Positions 27,101 through 39,100 of a stretch of 64,000 bases of DNA are shown here, piece after piece; position 1 is the stretch's first letter; every line of letters begins with the position of its first letter. This stretch comes from Phoronis australis (Eukaryota; Animalia; Phoronida): NCBI GenBank assembly GCA_002633005.1, contig NMRA01000007.1, positions 1,192,362 to 1,256,361 of the forward strand, given 5' to 3'. Under the pieces are notes generated by a model that ran no database searches, was not told the origin of the DNA, and saw only the letters and a list, made by a program, of their open reading frames with translations. A program made the position numbers and the translations under genes.

Positions 27101-30100
27101 TTGCTACAATGACCTCGTACGAAAAATGGTGAGTTTCCACTGGATGAACGTGAATTTACAGACTTTTGTGAAAATGGCACAATCTGTCTGTTGTGACTGT
27201 CTTTGTGTAAAGCTGTATACCGTAACTGAGTTATCTAGTTCCTGATTACACCAATAGGTGGGCCATTAAAGGTGCTATATACCGACCTTACGTCAGAAAA
27301 AACGGACTTCTATTTTGTCCTTTTACAGTACTGTCATGAAATTAGTCGAAATCACAGATAAAAATTTGAATCTAACACTGGAATTTGAAATAAAACTTAA
27401 TAGAGTTAGCAACGTTGCATCCGTCTCTCACAAACTTCAGCTTGGCTAGTGATGTTATTATTATTTTGGCTTATAGGTGGCGTTTTAACCTCTCTGCCTC
27501 GTCATCTGGTTAAAATGCCACCTATTAGCCAGAATAATAATAACATCACTAGCCAAGCTGAAGTTCGTGAGAGACGGATGCAACGTCGCTAACTCTAGTA
27601 AGTTTTATTTCAAATTCCAGTATAAAATTCAAATTTTTATTGGTGTTTTCTCACCTAGATGCCTCAAAATTTTCATGCTTTTAGTCGAAACCAGTTCCTT
27701 GCTCAGACTAGGGTGATTTCTGGCCTTTGAAGGAACTGATAGTTCACCATTGCTCCTTGCAACTTGTTCTCAGCCAATCAGTTTTTTCCTTTCCCAGTCC
27801 AGAAAGCCTTTGTCGTCTGAGTAAGGAAAGCATTGAGACCACACACATTTATAGCTGCAGCTAAAAGGTGTTTTCATTAAAGAGACATTTGTGTGTTAAC
27901 CACATGTATTTGTGGAAAGGCAACCAAAGCAGTTGAAAATTCCAAGTTATTGCTGCAGGACATCAATTAGTGATCTACGTCCAATTGATATTATGTCATG
28001 CAGTTGGGTAAGAACATAACATTGTATGCGTCATATGCTCCCGTGACGTGCCTCGTACAGGCACTAGTGGTCTTTGCATGTTTTATATTCATTTTTCCAA
28101 ACTGTTTCTGCAATGGTACCATGCAAATACTTCTTCAAAGTACAAGACATCCATTTCAAATAATATTTTTCTTTGCCTGAATTTTATCAAGTCATAATCT
28201 AGTGCTATTTTACCGTTGCTACCGTTGCCATTTCCCAGGTCGTAGATGTCTTGATGGCATCAGATAAACCTCCCCTTGACCTGATGCCAGTGTCTTGTAA
28301 GCTGGACAAGTGCGACGTCTTCGTCCAAGGAACAGTTACAGCCTCCCGCAAACACATTCTTCCCATCCTTAAGGACTTCCTAAGTAAGCAAGATGCAATG
28401 TTCGCTAACCGTCACGGCTTACCAACGGTTTCCGATTACATAGGTCTCCAGAGTCACCGGTCTATCGATGGACTCATGGAAAAGTGCAGTCGTCTGCTTT
28501 GTGTTTCAACTGAAGATGTGGCTAGTAGATCCAGTGTAATGGACGCCACCACCAGTCAGGTTACTGTAAAACGCTCCATGGTCAAGTCCAAGTCTGTCAT
28601 GGGGAAGAAATTTCTTTTCGAATAATTCGTGTTGCAAGAGGAATGCATAAGAAATAAAAAATTTTGCTACGCACTGGAAATGTTTTCATGACACTCAATA
28701 CCAAAATTGTTCAATGTTAGTGGAAATGGGATTTGGTCGCATGTCCACTAAACTTGAAATTTGATGCAAAAAGTATGTGGAATTGAAAATAGAGAATATC
28801 TTTGCTTTAACAGTTCCTTGGTAAATCTTTTCTTTTTAATTCCCATCCTTGATATTCTCTTACGTTGTTCTCATGTTAGCGGATTTAAAGTGCAGATGTT
28901 AATAGGTATGTTAATTTAAGTTTCATCTCAATTCAGTTGTTGTGTTCTGTTACCTTGTGTTATGTATATTTTTCTCTGATGTTTCCTTGTGTTTGGTTTA
29001 TGAGACTGGTTTTTTGGCTTTTTGCTTCGTGAATTGTTGCCGTGAATTACCGTCGTGTTTTTGTGTATTTTAGACAACCCACCTGACTTTAGTGAACTGG
29101 CAGAATGGCGCTCTGAACCGCCTGAAGACTTGAGCGAGAGTGATGAAGATGAAAATGGTAGTCTCAACGACGTTTGCGAAGACCAGGAAGAAGCAGAAGA
29201 GTCATTCGGAGAACACGAGGATCAGAAAACGACAACGTCTTCTAACGACCTGTTGTCAGTTCACACGTCTTTTTCTAATGGTGGAGTGTCATCTGAGTCA
29301 CTTGTCACACAGGGTTCTTCAGAAAATGACCAGTCAGCTGTGGACTTCCTCGGTGTCGTCACGGTCCCATCCACGTCTGTGCAGGACACTGCACCTCTGG
29401 AAAAGCAGGATTTATTTTCGTTTGACTTGTTGGGAAGCGACATTTCACAAGCTCAGAACAGTTCAGTACCAGCTGTTGCTACATCTGATGACCTGGATCT
29501 ATTTTCTGTGACAGGAACTGCTCAAGTTCAAACTAATGACATGTCGTCAGGCGACATATTTGGTAATTCAGATACATTTGGCAGTGACTTTTCTCTGGTG
29601 AGTTCAGATACCACGGATGTGTTTGGGCTTAATGTTTTTGCACCAAATGTTGACTCTGTGACGGGTAATAGGGATCAGGCAGACATGGTGTCTACGAATA
29701 TTGAACGTGCTAACAATACTATTGAGGATTCAGATCCTTTTGGTTTAGGACTGTCAAACAACGCAACGGCATCAAGTAACGTGATGTCAGAGGATTTCCC
29801 TGTCTCCGCAAATGTCCGTCCTTCCGTTATTGTATCTGAATCTGAAGACGCCAATGTATCTGTTGATTCACAAAAAGACATCATGGAGGATTTTGACCCT
29901 TTTTCATCTACACAGGGGTCACCGGTTGTCCTGAGTGGATATAACACACCCACCAAGAGATTAGAGTCTGAGGATCCTACTTCACAATACAGCAGCTATC
30001 CGTCGACGCCACCGAGCAGTTTTGTCGAGTCGAACATGGCGCACTATGCAAAAGAAACGGTTCTTCCCAGTTTTAACAACTCCGAAATGGTGCAGAGAAT

Positions 30101-33100
30101 TAAAGACAAGAAAGATAAGTTAGTGAAATCCGATTCTGCAGACGATGATAAAGGATCATCTTCCAGTCTGGTGGCTAGTAGCAATTTGCTGCATAGCGAT
30201 GATGAGCCCGTGATTCCGTTCACCCCCAGCAGTAGCTACCAGGAGTCGTCAGCCATACCAACCAAGGAGACGAATCTGCCCAGTTTCATGAACTCAGAGA
30301 TGGTGCAGAAAATACACGAGAAAAGAGGCGAACTCGGAGGCAGTGCTGCCGACAGCGATCCATACCCGTTCACTCCGCGAAATAGCTTCTGCGAAGGGGA
30401 CATGGATACATATGGGTCTGCAAATGGGAATTCAGCTGCGTTTCTACAGTCAAATCCTGACGAACTGAGGAGACTTGTTCATGAGAAAAAGAGGAGTATT
30501 GAAAGAGATCTCTCTCAGGACTTTTATGTTGACGAAGAGGATGTTGATGACAGTTTAGCTGGAAATGAAAATGAGACGGATGTAGGAAGTTCTGTTATTT
30601 CACCCCAGCATGTCAATAATGTGTCAACAGAGTGCAGCACGATACTTGAGCCTGAAATTGGTGGTCATACAGAGATCGTGCATACTCAGACTCTGGAAAA
30701 ATCCAATGATGAACAGGCAGTGGAAAATTCAGATAATGGGACTGCGGCTCAGAATCGAAAAGTGTCTTCTGACAGCATTCAGAATATTGCCAGTGTTGTG
30801 ACTCAGTCAATTATTAGTGCTGCTTTGGATTCTTTCCCCGTTGACATGGCTGGTTCCCTTGAGGACACATCTGGCACTGCTGCCAGCAGTCAGCAATGCA
30901 CCAATGATGGCAGCGGTGCTGAAACTTTGTTTCCCAGTGTCGCGATAACTGAACATGCAGTGGGCAGTGAGGAAATCCCTGTTGAGACGGATTATTTGTG
31001 TAACGTCGACCCGCTCAAAGGTCAAATGGATATCATTTACACTGACAAGAAATCGTTTGCAACGGATGCAGTGAAAGATGTTGCAGAGAGCACGAGCTTC
31101 GAACAGCTCCAAGCGGAATCTGCTGGAAAGGAGAAATCTGATGTTGGCAGTGATCAAACTGTTGAAGAGTATGAGGACGAGGCTGGAAATGAAGTTGAGA
31201 AAGAGATGACTGAAGAGGGCGCAAGTGAAACTGAAGATGTGTCGGAAGTTGTAGAGACATCTCCGGAAAAGGATAATTCTTTAGTCGTTGTTGGTGAGCA
31301 GGAAATAAAGGCACAGGGTAATGGTTATGTAAAGGATGGAGATGAATTTGGTGAAAAGATTGATGTAGAAAGTGCAGCAGGCGAGGAAGCCGAGATAAGT
31401 CCTGTCGTGGAATCTGCCATTAAGTTGGAAGAATCCAGTGGTACGGAGACAGCTTACGAATTCCCATCACCTGATGGTGGCTCGGACAGCGATTCTCCTG
31501 TCACTGAAGTCCTGAATATTGAGCAAGAGAGCCGTGTCAATGAAACGTTGTCTGTTGCCACCTCATCCCCCATTCGTAAGTCTCCTGAATTGCAAGCCAA
31601 TGTTTCCATCATTGAAGCGCCACCTGGTGAAGAGTCACCAAGTAGGATTAACTTGATTAATGGTGATGAGGGCGGCAAGTCTGCCCCAGCTCTGCCTGTT
31701 GGCCTAATGGAAGATATTGACCTGGGGCAGAGAGGAGAAGCAGAAGGTGCAGAAATTAACAAGGTTAGCATTTTTATCACAGACATATTTTAAGTCTGGT
31801 CAGCACACCACCTGTTGGCCACATCACATGACCACGTGCATATAAGTCTGAAACAATTTCTGCCCCAACCCTTTCTTAAGCCCGGGACCTTCTGCTTACG
31901 GTGCAGGTGCTCTAGTCCACTGAGCCATCGAGAATAATGGTATACATTTCCATGCCGGTTTAAGAATTACATATTTATGTTAGCATTTTTGTTGGGAGAT
32001 GTGCAGTTGGTCTGGGTTTGGAGTTTCATGGTATTGCTGGCATATTGGATTCAGTTCGTCTCTCTGAACTGTGCTGCTTTGCTTCAGATGTTTTACAAAC
32101 CATATTGCAGTGTTATTAAAAATCTGATTAATTAGAAGAACTTGATAAATTTGCTGGTAAAATGTGTCACGGTATTTGACAATAGAAAAGAAATTTTAAA
32201 AGATGAGATATTCATAGCTCTTGTGTTTCTAGTTTGAAAAACACTTCATGAACTATCCAGACATTTTGAACATGTTCATGGTATTATATTTCAGGGTTCT
32301 CGAACTCCAAGTATGTCTTCTGAAGAAATTGCTTTAACTGAGTTGACTGAGCAGATTCTCTCTGAAGATGATGACAAAGTTGGTTAGTACAGGATTTCTT
32401 TTTATATCTTTCCAATTTCGTATCAACGTTTGCGCTGTAGTTGTTTTACAGTCTTATGGTTGTTGCTTCCTGTTGACTTCATGAAGAAACACTGGTCGTC
32501 TTGAGACTTGGCCTTATGAAGTGCTAATTTTATGCGATTATCCTTTTTGTGAAGTGGATTTTCTATAGCTTGTTTCAACCTCTGCTATGAACTTTGTGTG
32601 GCTGGAAATATCATGTAATTCCACTTCAATTCTTAATTTCAAAACATTTTTTCAGAGTCTTAAATATTGATTGTAATGGACTTGGAAGGTTTTGACACCG
32701 CCATGAAGTCGTGAAATTTTTCAGAAGTCGTGAAATTTTTCAGAAGTCGTGAAATTTTTCAGAAGTCGTGAAATCCATTGATATTTTATTTTAACCATGT
32801 TTTGATTTGGTGACCTTGATAGGTCTCTTACAATAAAATTGCTCCAATTTTGAACACAATGTGGACGACTAGTGCTACATTTGTAGCACCAAATAAATGC
32901 ATTTCCTTGTTCAAGTTTTGTACCACAGCTACTATCGGACAAAGTTTTGGAAAACTGAGCATGTACAACAAGGATGGAAGCCCTTGAAAAATTAAAAAGG
33001 GCATTTTCAAACATTTTTGTCCAAAATTTGTGAGATTTTATCTTTAGTTGATATGTTTGCCTCCTTGATCCAGCCCGACCTCAGACACTGGATGCCAGTG

Positions 33101-36100
33101 GGGGAGCTGTGCCCAAGAAAAAGATCCATCCTAACCTGACTATGTTGGATGACGATGCGCAGAGTTACATGTCCAATGATGTCAACACTAGTAGCATACT
33201 GGCCATGATTGACGACATGAAGACTCCTGATGATCTTACTACACCAGATTTTGACAATTCTGTCTTGAGAGGGATTTCCACGGAAGGTGATTGATTTGAA
33301 ACTATACAAATATCTAGTTTAAGGGGAAAAAATAAACACGCCGCCCATCAAAGATGTTTGTTCACACTATTTTGCGTTTGAAAATTGTCCCCGGAATAGT
33401 CCTTATTTGTATCAGAAACAAGATTTTTGCTTGAAAAGAACCTCTGGTTTTGCTATTCCTCGAGATCAGGCGCAGTATATTGACTTGGCTTGGCGTGTCA
33501 TTTTATGAGAGAACTTAGAGTGCTTCCGAACCTCCTGAAGTCACTTCTAATCTGAGTATGCAACAAGTTGGGGCCAATTTTGATGTAGTTTGCAGTCTAA
33601 CCCTAAAGTTTTTTGTTTGGTAGTCGGTAAACCAACCCTTCTAAGTAGGGTTGGAAGTCTAGAAAGTGAAAGTGAAGAATCAAGTGCCGTACACATCACA
33701 CTCGAATAATTGCACACCAAACATTAACCTGCACATGTCGAAATTGCAATCGCGTGAACATATTTATCTTAAGAAATAATACAGCGAATATAACTGCATA
33801 GAAATTGCACCCTTTGGAAGAACGTATTCACTTGAAGATTCGACTTTTTAGTTTAATTTGCTTGTTGCTCTGCCATTTGCAATTTTGTTACCTACCGGTG
33901 AACTCATGAACTAAACATTCACTGAGCTTATTGGCTGTCATTCGATCAAAATCTAAGATTAGAATATGGCAGACGATTTGATTTGATGTTAGAGGAAGGT
34001 AAAAAGAGGTGAAATTAATTGGTAAGACTGTTTGTGGTTTTTTAAATGTGTCAAGGGAATTGATTTTGTTAGTACTAACACCCTGAACTCAAATTTTCCT
34101 CCCATTCTGTTGGTTTATATCTTTTTCACCAAGTATTGAAAAGACCTCCGGTGGACCTTCAGCTCTGTTTAAGAGCTGAGTATTGGTTAGGTTTATTGCA
34201 ACTCTAAATGTTTGTTCCTGCTTTGAGTATCTATAGTAAAGATTTTTCATTTGGAGACAAAAATAGAAATTTTAGTAAACTATAAGTTTCCCTTCATTTT
34301 CAGCATAGTCTTCAATTAAAATTTTGAGCTCTGCCTCTTACACCAGTCTTGAAAATGTCAATTTTTATAAAAATTGTCAAAAATTCAATTATGATTTTTT
34401 GTATTCTCATGACTTAATCACTTGGGTTGCTTTTGTTTAGTCCAGGAACTATTAGGCGTCATGTTTACTGACTCTTGTCTCTGTAGTCTCTCTGTAGCTG
34501 ATATGTCACAAATTTGTACTTTGAAATTAACATTATAAACTTTGCATTTTTCGTCGTTCAGAAGATTGGTCTGACACAAACATGAAAATTTTGTACTTTT
34601 TTGATGGCACAAAATTGTTCTACTTTGTTAGCGTAGCTGCATTAACCACAGTGGTCACAAAATGTTTTTAAACACTACATCGTACTTGTTAATTTTAGAC
34701 GACACGACACCCACGGGTGATACAACTCCTATCCCAGAATACAGTGCAGCAGATGAACTGGCCGACGAGCGACACTGGCGGAGTGTCACTATTGCCGGAA
34801 AACAGTACAAAGTGGACATGAAAGTGATCGAGCCCTACAAGAAGGTCCTGTCTCACGGCGGATACTATAACGGGTGCAACGCCATCGTCGTGTTTGCTGC
34901 CTGTTACATGCCAGACAGGAGTCGAAAGGATTACCATTATGTGATGGACCAACTGTTTCTGTGAGTAAACAGTTTATTATCAAGGGGTGCTCTCACTGCC
35001 TGGGTGCTCTCACTGCCTGGGTGCTCTCACTGCCTGGGTGCTCTCACTGCCTGTGTGCTCTCACTGCCTGGGTGCTCTCACTGCCTAGGTATGCAACAAC
35101 ATGCTGCTGAGTTGGCCACGTTTTGGGTAAACCGGATGTAACGTGCCTGCATTTTGAAAAACAGTTTTCTCCCCTGAAAATTGGGCATTAACTGCTTCTC
35201 AAATGGGGGCTCGTAATATCTGACTATTGACACTTCTTTGAACAGAAGATCTTACAAGGTGGTCCATGCTGACCCAAAGAACCATTATGCGGACATTAAT
35301 GTCAGAAAATTTCAACAATTATATGTTGCTGCTGAACAGGGGAGGTAACGTGCATGGGGAAAAGAGATTTTATTATGTTAGGGTTTGAATGTATACTCCA
35401 TTTCAACTTATTCCCATCTAGAATTTGTTGAATTACCCCAAGGTTACAAACTGAAAAGACAATTTTAATTGTCTTTTCAGTCAACTTAAAAGTTGTTTTG
35501 TGTAAAAGGTTTCTCAACTGAAGTGTCATGATTTCCCACAATTTTTTTTGGCTCGACAGCGCATAGACAAACCTAAAACACACTGCAACAGTGCCATCTA
35601 TTGTCACTCGGTGCCTCCTCAGCAGGTGATAAATTTTGACAATGCATATATCGTTTGTTATGAGAACAACACCCCTCTGATTACACATCAAAGAGTCCCT
35701 GCAGATTCTTGAATAGAAAGCATTCCTGTCACTCATTAACAATATTCCGTCATACCTTGATTTGTGCATAACCCCCCCCCCCCACCCAAACTCCCTTTTC
35801 TCTCGCAGTCGTTGACTATATGGACTTATAATACCTGGTGTCTCCTATGATTCTGTCTGTCAGCAATGGTTTAAGTTCTAACCAAAACATTTTAATGCAC
35901 AACTCGTCATCTAACGAGTGGCAAATGTCAAAGATGACAACACTCATGAGTTGAGTAAAAGATAATTCATGACAAAACCACAACCTGTCAATCATATGGT
36001 GCTCATTACTAGAGTTGCAGTGTAGCATAAACAGAAGAAGTACATGGTGGAAGATGAACACATTTTAATGGAATTTTGTACTAAACTGCAAAGTAAACAG

Positions 36101-39100
36101 ATTAATAATATGCTTTTCAAACTGTTGCTCCAACTTCAGATAAAAGTCTTTGATAGTTATTACAACCATAGAAAAGTTTGTACTAAATATACTTGATAAA
36201 AAAGAGCATAGTGCAAAATGAAAAGTGTGTGGACTTCTAGAAATGTTTAATCACATGTTTGTGTAATGTAAGCATGTAGTTCCACTTTGCAACGAAATAC
36301 AAAGTTAAAACATAACTTTCAAATGTAGTTGGCACTGACCTCTTGTTGGTTGAGAAAAATGTATTAGATAAGCATGCTTTAGAGATTATTTTCATGAAAT
36401 TAATCACTTCTCAACCCTTGCACAAAACTTTATACTTGTTCTCAGGCCACCTGTAGCCCCATAGTTAAGAAATTTTAAAAAATTGATGTAATTGATTTGT
36501 CAAGATGTGGAAAAATATGAAACTATGAGAATTCCCACGACATTGCTCTTTAAGACCCTTACAGATTNAATTCATGACAAAACCACAACCTGTCAATCAT
36601 ATGGTGCTCATTACTAGAGTTGCAGTGTAGCATAAACAGAAGAAGTACATGGTGGAAGATGAACACATTTAAATGGAATTTTGTACTAAACTGCAAAGTA
36701 AACAGATTAATAATATGCTTTTCAAACTGTTGCTCCAACTTCAGATAAAAGTCTTTGATAGTTATTACAACCATAGAGAAGTTTGTACTAAATATACTTG
36801 ATAAAAAAGAGCATAGTGCAAAATGAAAAGTGTGTGGACTTCTAGAAATGTTTAATCACATGTTTGTGTAATGTAAGCATGTAGTTCCACTTTGCAACGA
36901 AATACAAAGTTAAAACATAACTTTCAAATGTAGTTGGCACTGACCTCTTGTTGGTTGAGAAAAATGTATTAGATAAGCATGCTTTAGAGATTATTTTCAT
37001 GAAATTAATCACTTCTCAACCCTTGCACAAAACTTTATACTTGTTCTCAGGCCACCTGTAGCCCCATAGTTAAGAAATTTTAAAAAATTGATGTAATTGA
37101 TTTGTCAAGATGTGGAAAAATATGAAACTATGAGAATTCCCACGACATTGCTCTTTAAGACCCTTACAGATTTACTGTAATTTTAAGTTGTGCAAAGCTG
37201 GGAATTGTGAATGTGAGAGTGAAAGGTTTTTCCTCCTTGTTTGTGTCGTTAATTTCTATTACTTTGTTGAAATAAATTGTTTACCAAAAAAATCACCCGA
37301 TTCTTCGTTTGTTCTAGCTATGTAGTTAGTACCCTGGAACTGCTGGTCGTCGATGACTACATGATTATATACTTCCACGGCGCAACACCAAAGAAACAGA
37401 TGCCTGGACTGTCATGGCTGAAGAAATGTTACCAGTGCATTGATAGAAGGCGAGTGTTATTACTGATGCTGTTGCATGCAATTATACTACGTCACTCACG
37501 CCATGATCTATAAAATTATAATGCAGGGTGCAAGTTGCAATCATTATGTTCTAAACATTGTACCACTGCTGCTAAAATAACACTTGTGATTAGGGTTTGA
37601 CACATTAATTTCTGAATAATTGACAAAGTTGTTTCCATTTTCAAAGACAGGCTGCATTACTACAAGTAAATTAGACCTTAGCTTTTATTTTCAATGATTT
37701 TTTTCGATCCTCATGCACTCAATTATCAATTGGCTTTTAGAATATTATAAATTCAGCGTAGTGTTCCGTTGTACTTAGTTGGTGTCGTATTGAACTTTCC
37801 CGTCATTACAGTATCCCACACTTGGTTTTGTCTGTCTTATCGGGGCTACCACAGGCAGACAGCTATGAGCTGAGCTGCCTGCCTGAGGTGAACAATAGCT
37901 GAACTGACAGCTCCTGTCAAGACACCTTCATTTAATTGTCATGTTTGTACGCCTTGGTGTGAGCCGTCAACTCGGCTGTCATTCACTCGAGGCAGACAGC
38001 TGAGCTCATAACTATCCTTCTTCGGGTGCCGTTAATTGTGGCTGTGATGTTTTGCTTTGTCATCTGACGTGTGTGATAAGTTGCCATGCTGTTCACGTTA
38101 ATCTTTTCTTCTTAATAGGCTACGGAAGAATTTGAAGAAACTGTACCTGGTTCATCCAACCATGTGGTTAAAGACTATTATGTTCCTGTCCAAGCCATTT
38201 ATCAGGTTTGATCGGATATCTAGTAACATTGAAAACTTCATATCCTGCTATTAACTGTTTTTATCAGGCGTTGCTTTATGACAGCGGTATGATGCAAACA
38301 ATCCTAACAATGGCCTCCATGATGTGAGCTAAACAGGTGAAGAATTGTCCGTAGTTGTCCACTCTACGATAATGATAATTCTGCACTTATTTTGCCCAAA
38401 AATAATTGCCAAAAGTGTCAGTTTTCAAAAGCTGATTACTTCGCTGAAAACAATGGAGCATTTACCAAAACGTTGTTTTATGACATCTTCTCAGTGCAAA
38501 CTGTGCCAACAGAAGACTAAACTTTTCTTCATTTTCATTTTTGTAGAGAAATACGAAGTATAATTTCACTTGCAAGCCAAATTGTGTGATCAGTAGATTA
38601 ATAATTACCGTATCCATAGTTACTTGCTGTATTTAACTTAAAGCGATTATAAACCGGACTCTTGTCTTAATCTTCTTTTTCATTTAGACCATTATTCATT
38701 ACAAAACGAGTCTCAACTTTTTCCTTACTCATAGGAGTGATTTCTTTGCTATGAAATAACTACCAGTTCATGATTTCTTGAGCCCATGCTCAATGTATTA
38801 GAGCCCATGCTCAGTGTATTAGTGTCCCAGCTTTGATAAGCCACCTTACACAGCTCATTCCAAGCAGTAAAGACTTGTCAATCATTTCTTCCCAAGTCCA
38901 GAAATCAACTCCAATGTGAGTAAGGAACGAGTTAAGACCAGTTTTATAACAGTTAGCAGTCTCACTAAACAAAGTTAATTTTTATAGTAGACCGGTTTGT
39001 TGCTGCTTTACCACAAATTCGGTGGGAGTAAATCTCCTATTTCTTATCGGTTTTTCAGCTCCAAGTTTTACCGCAAGGTGGTCTACGTGCCAACATTGAG

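Noticed and set aside
29055-31793. Stand-alone 912-aa gene
   Set aside because: It starts at a non-ATG codon in a pyrimidine tract and is bounded by in-phase splice sites; it is an internal exon of Prune.
31862-31933. Functional tRNA gene (CGT anticodon)
   Set aside because: The T-arm/B-box and acceptor stem are degraded; better explained as a SINE head or pseudo-tRNA.
33045-33073. Upstream TTTAG acceptor for exon 11
   Set aside because: It places an in-frame TGA (33049-33051) in the BNIP2-like frame; the CAG at 33071-33073 keeps the phase.
35964-37172. 604-bp tandem duplication as a biological event
   Set aside because: The junction coincides exactly with an N and the copies differ at only about two sites, which is typical of overlapping haplotype contig ends.
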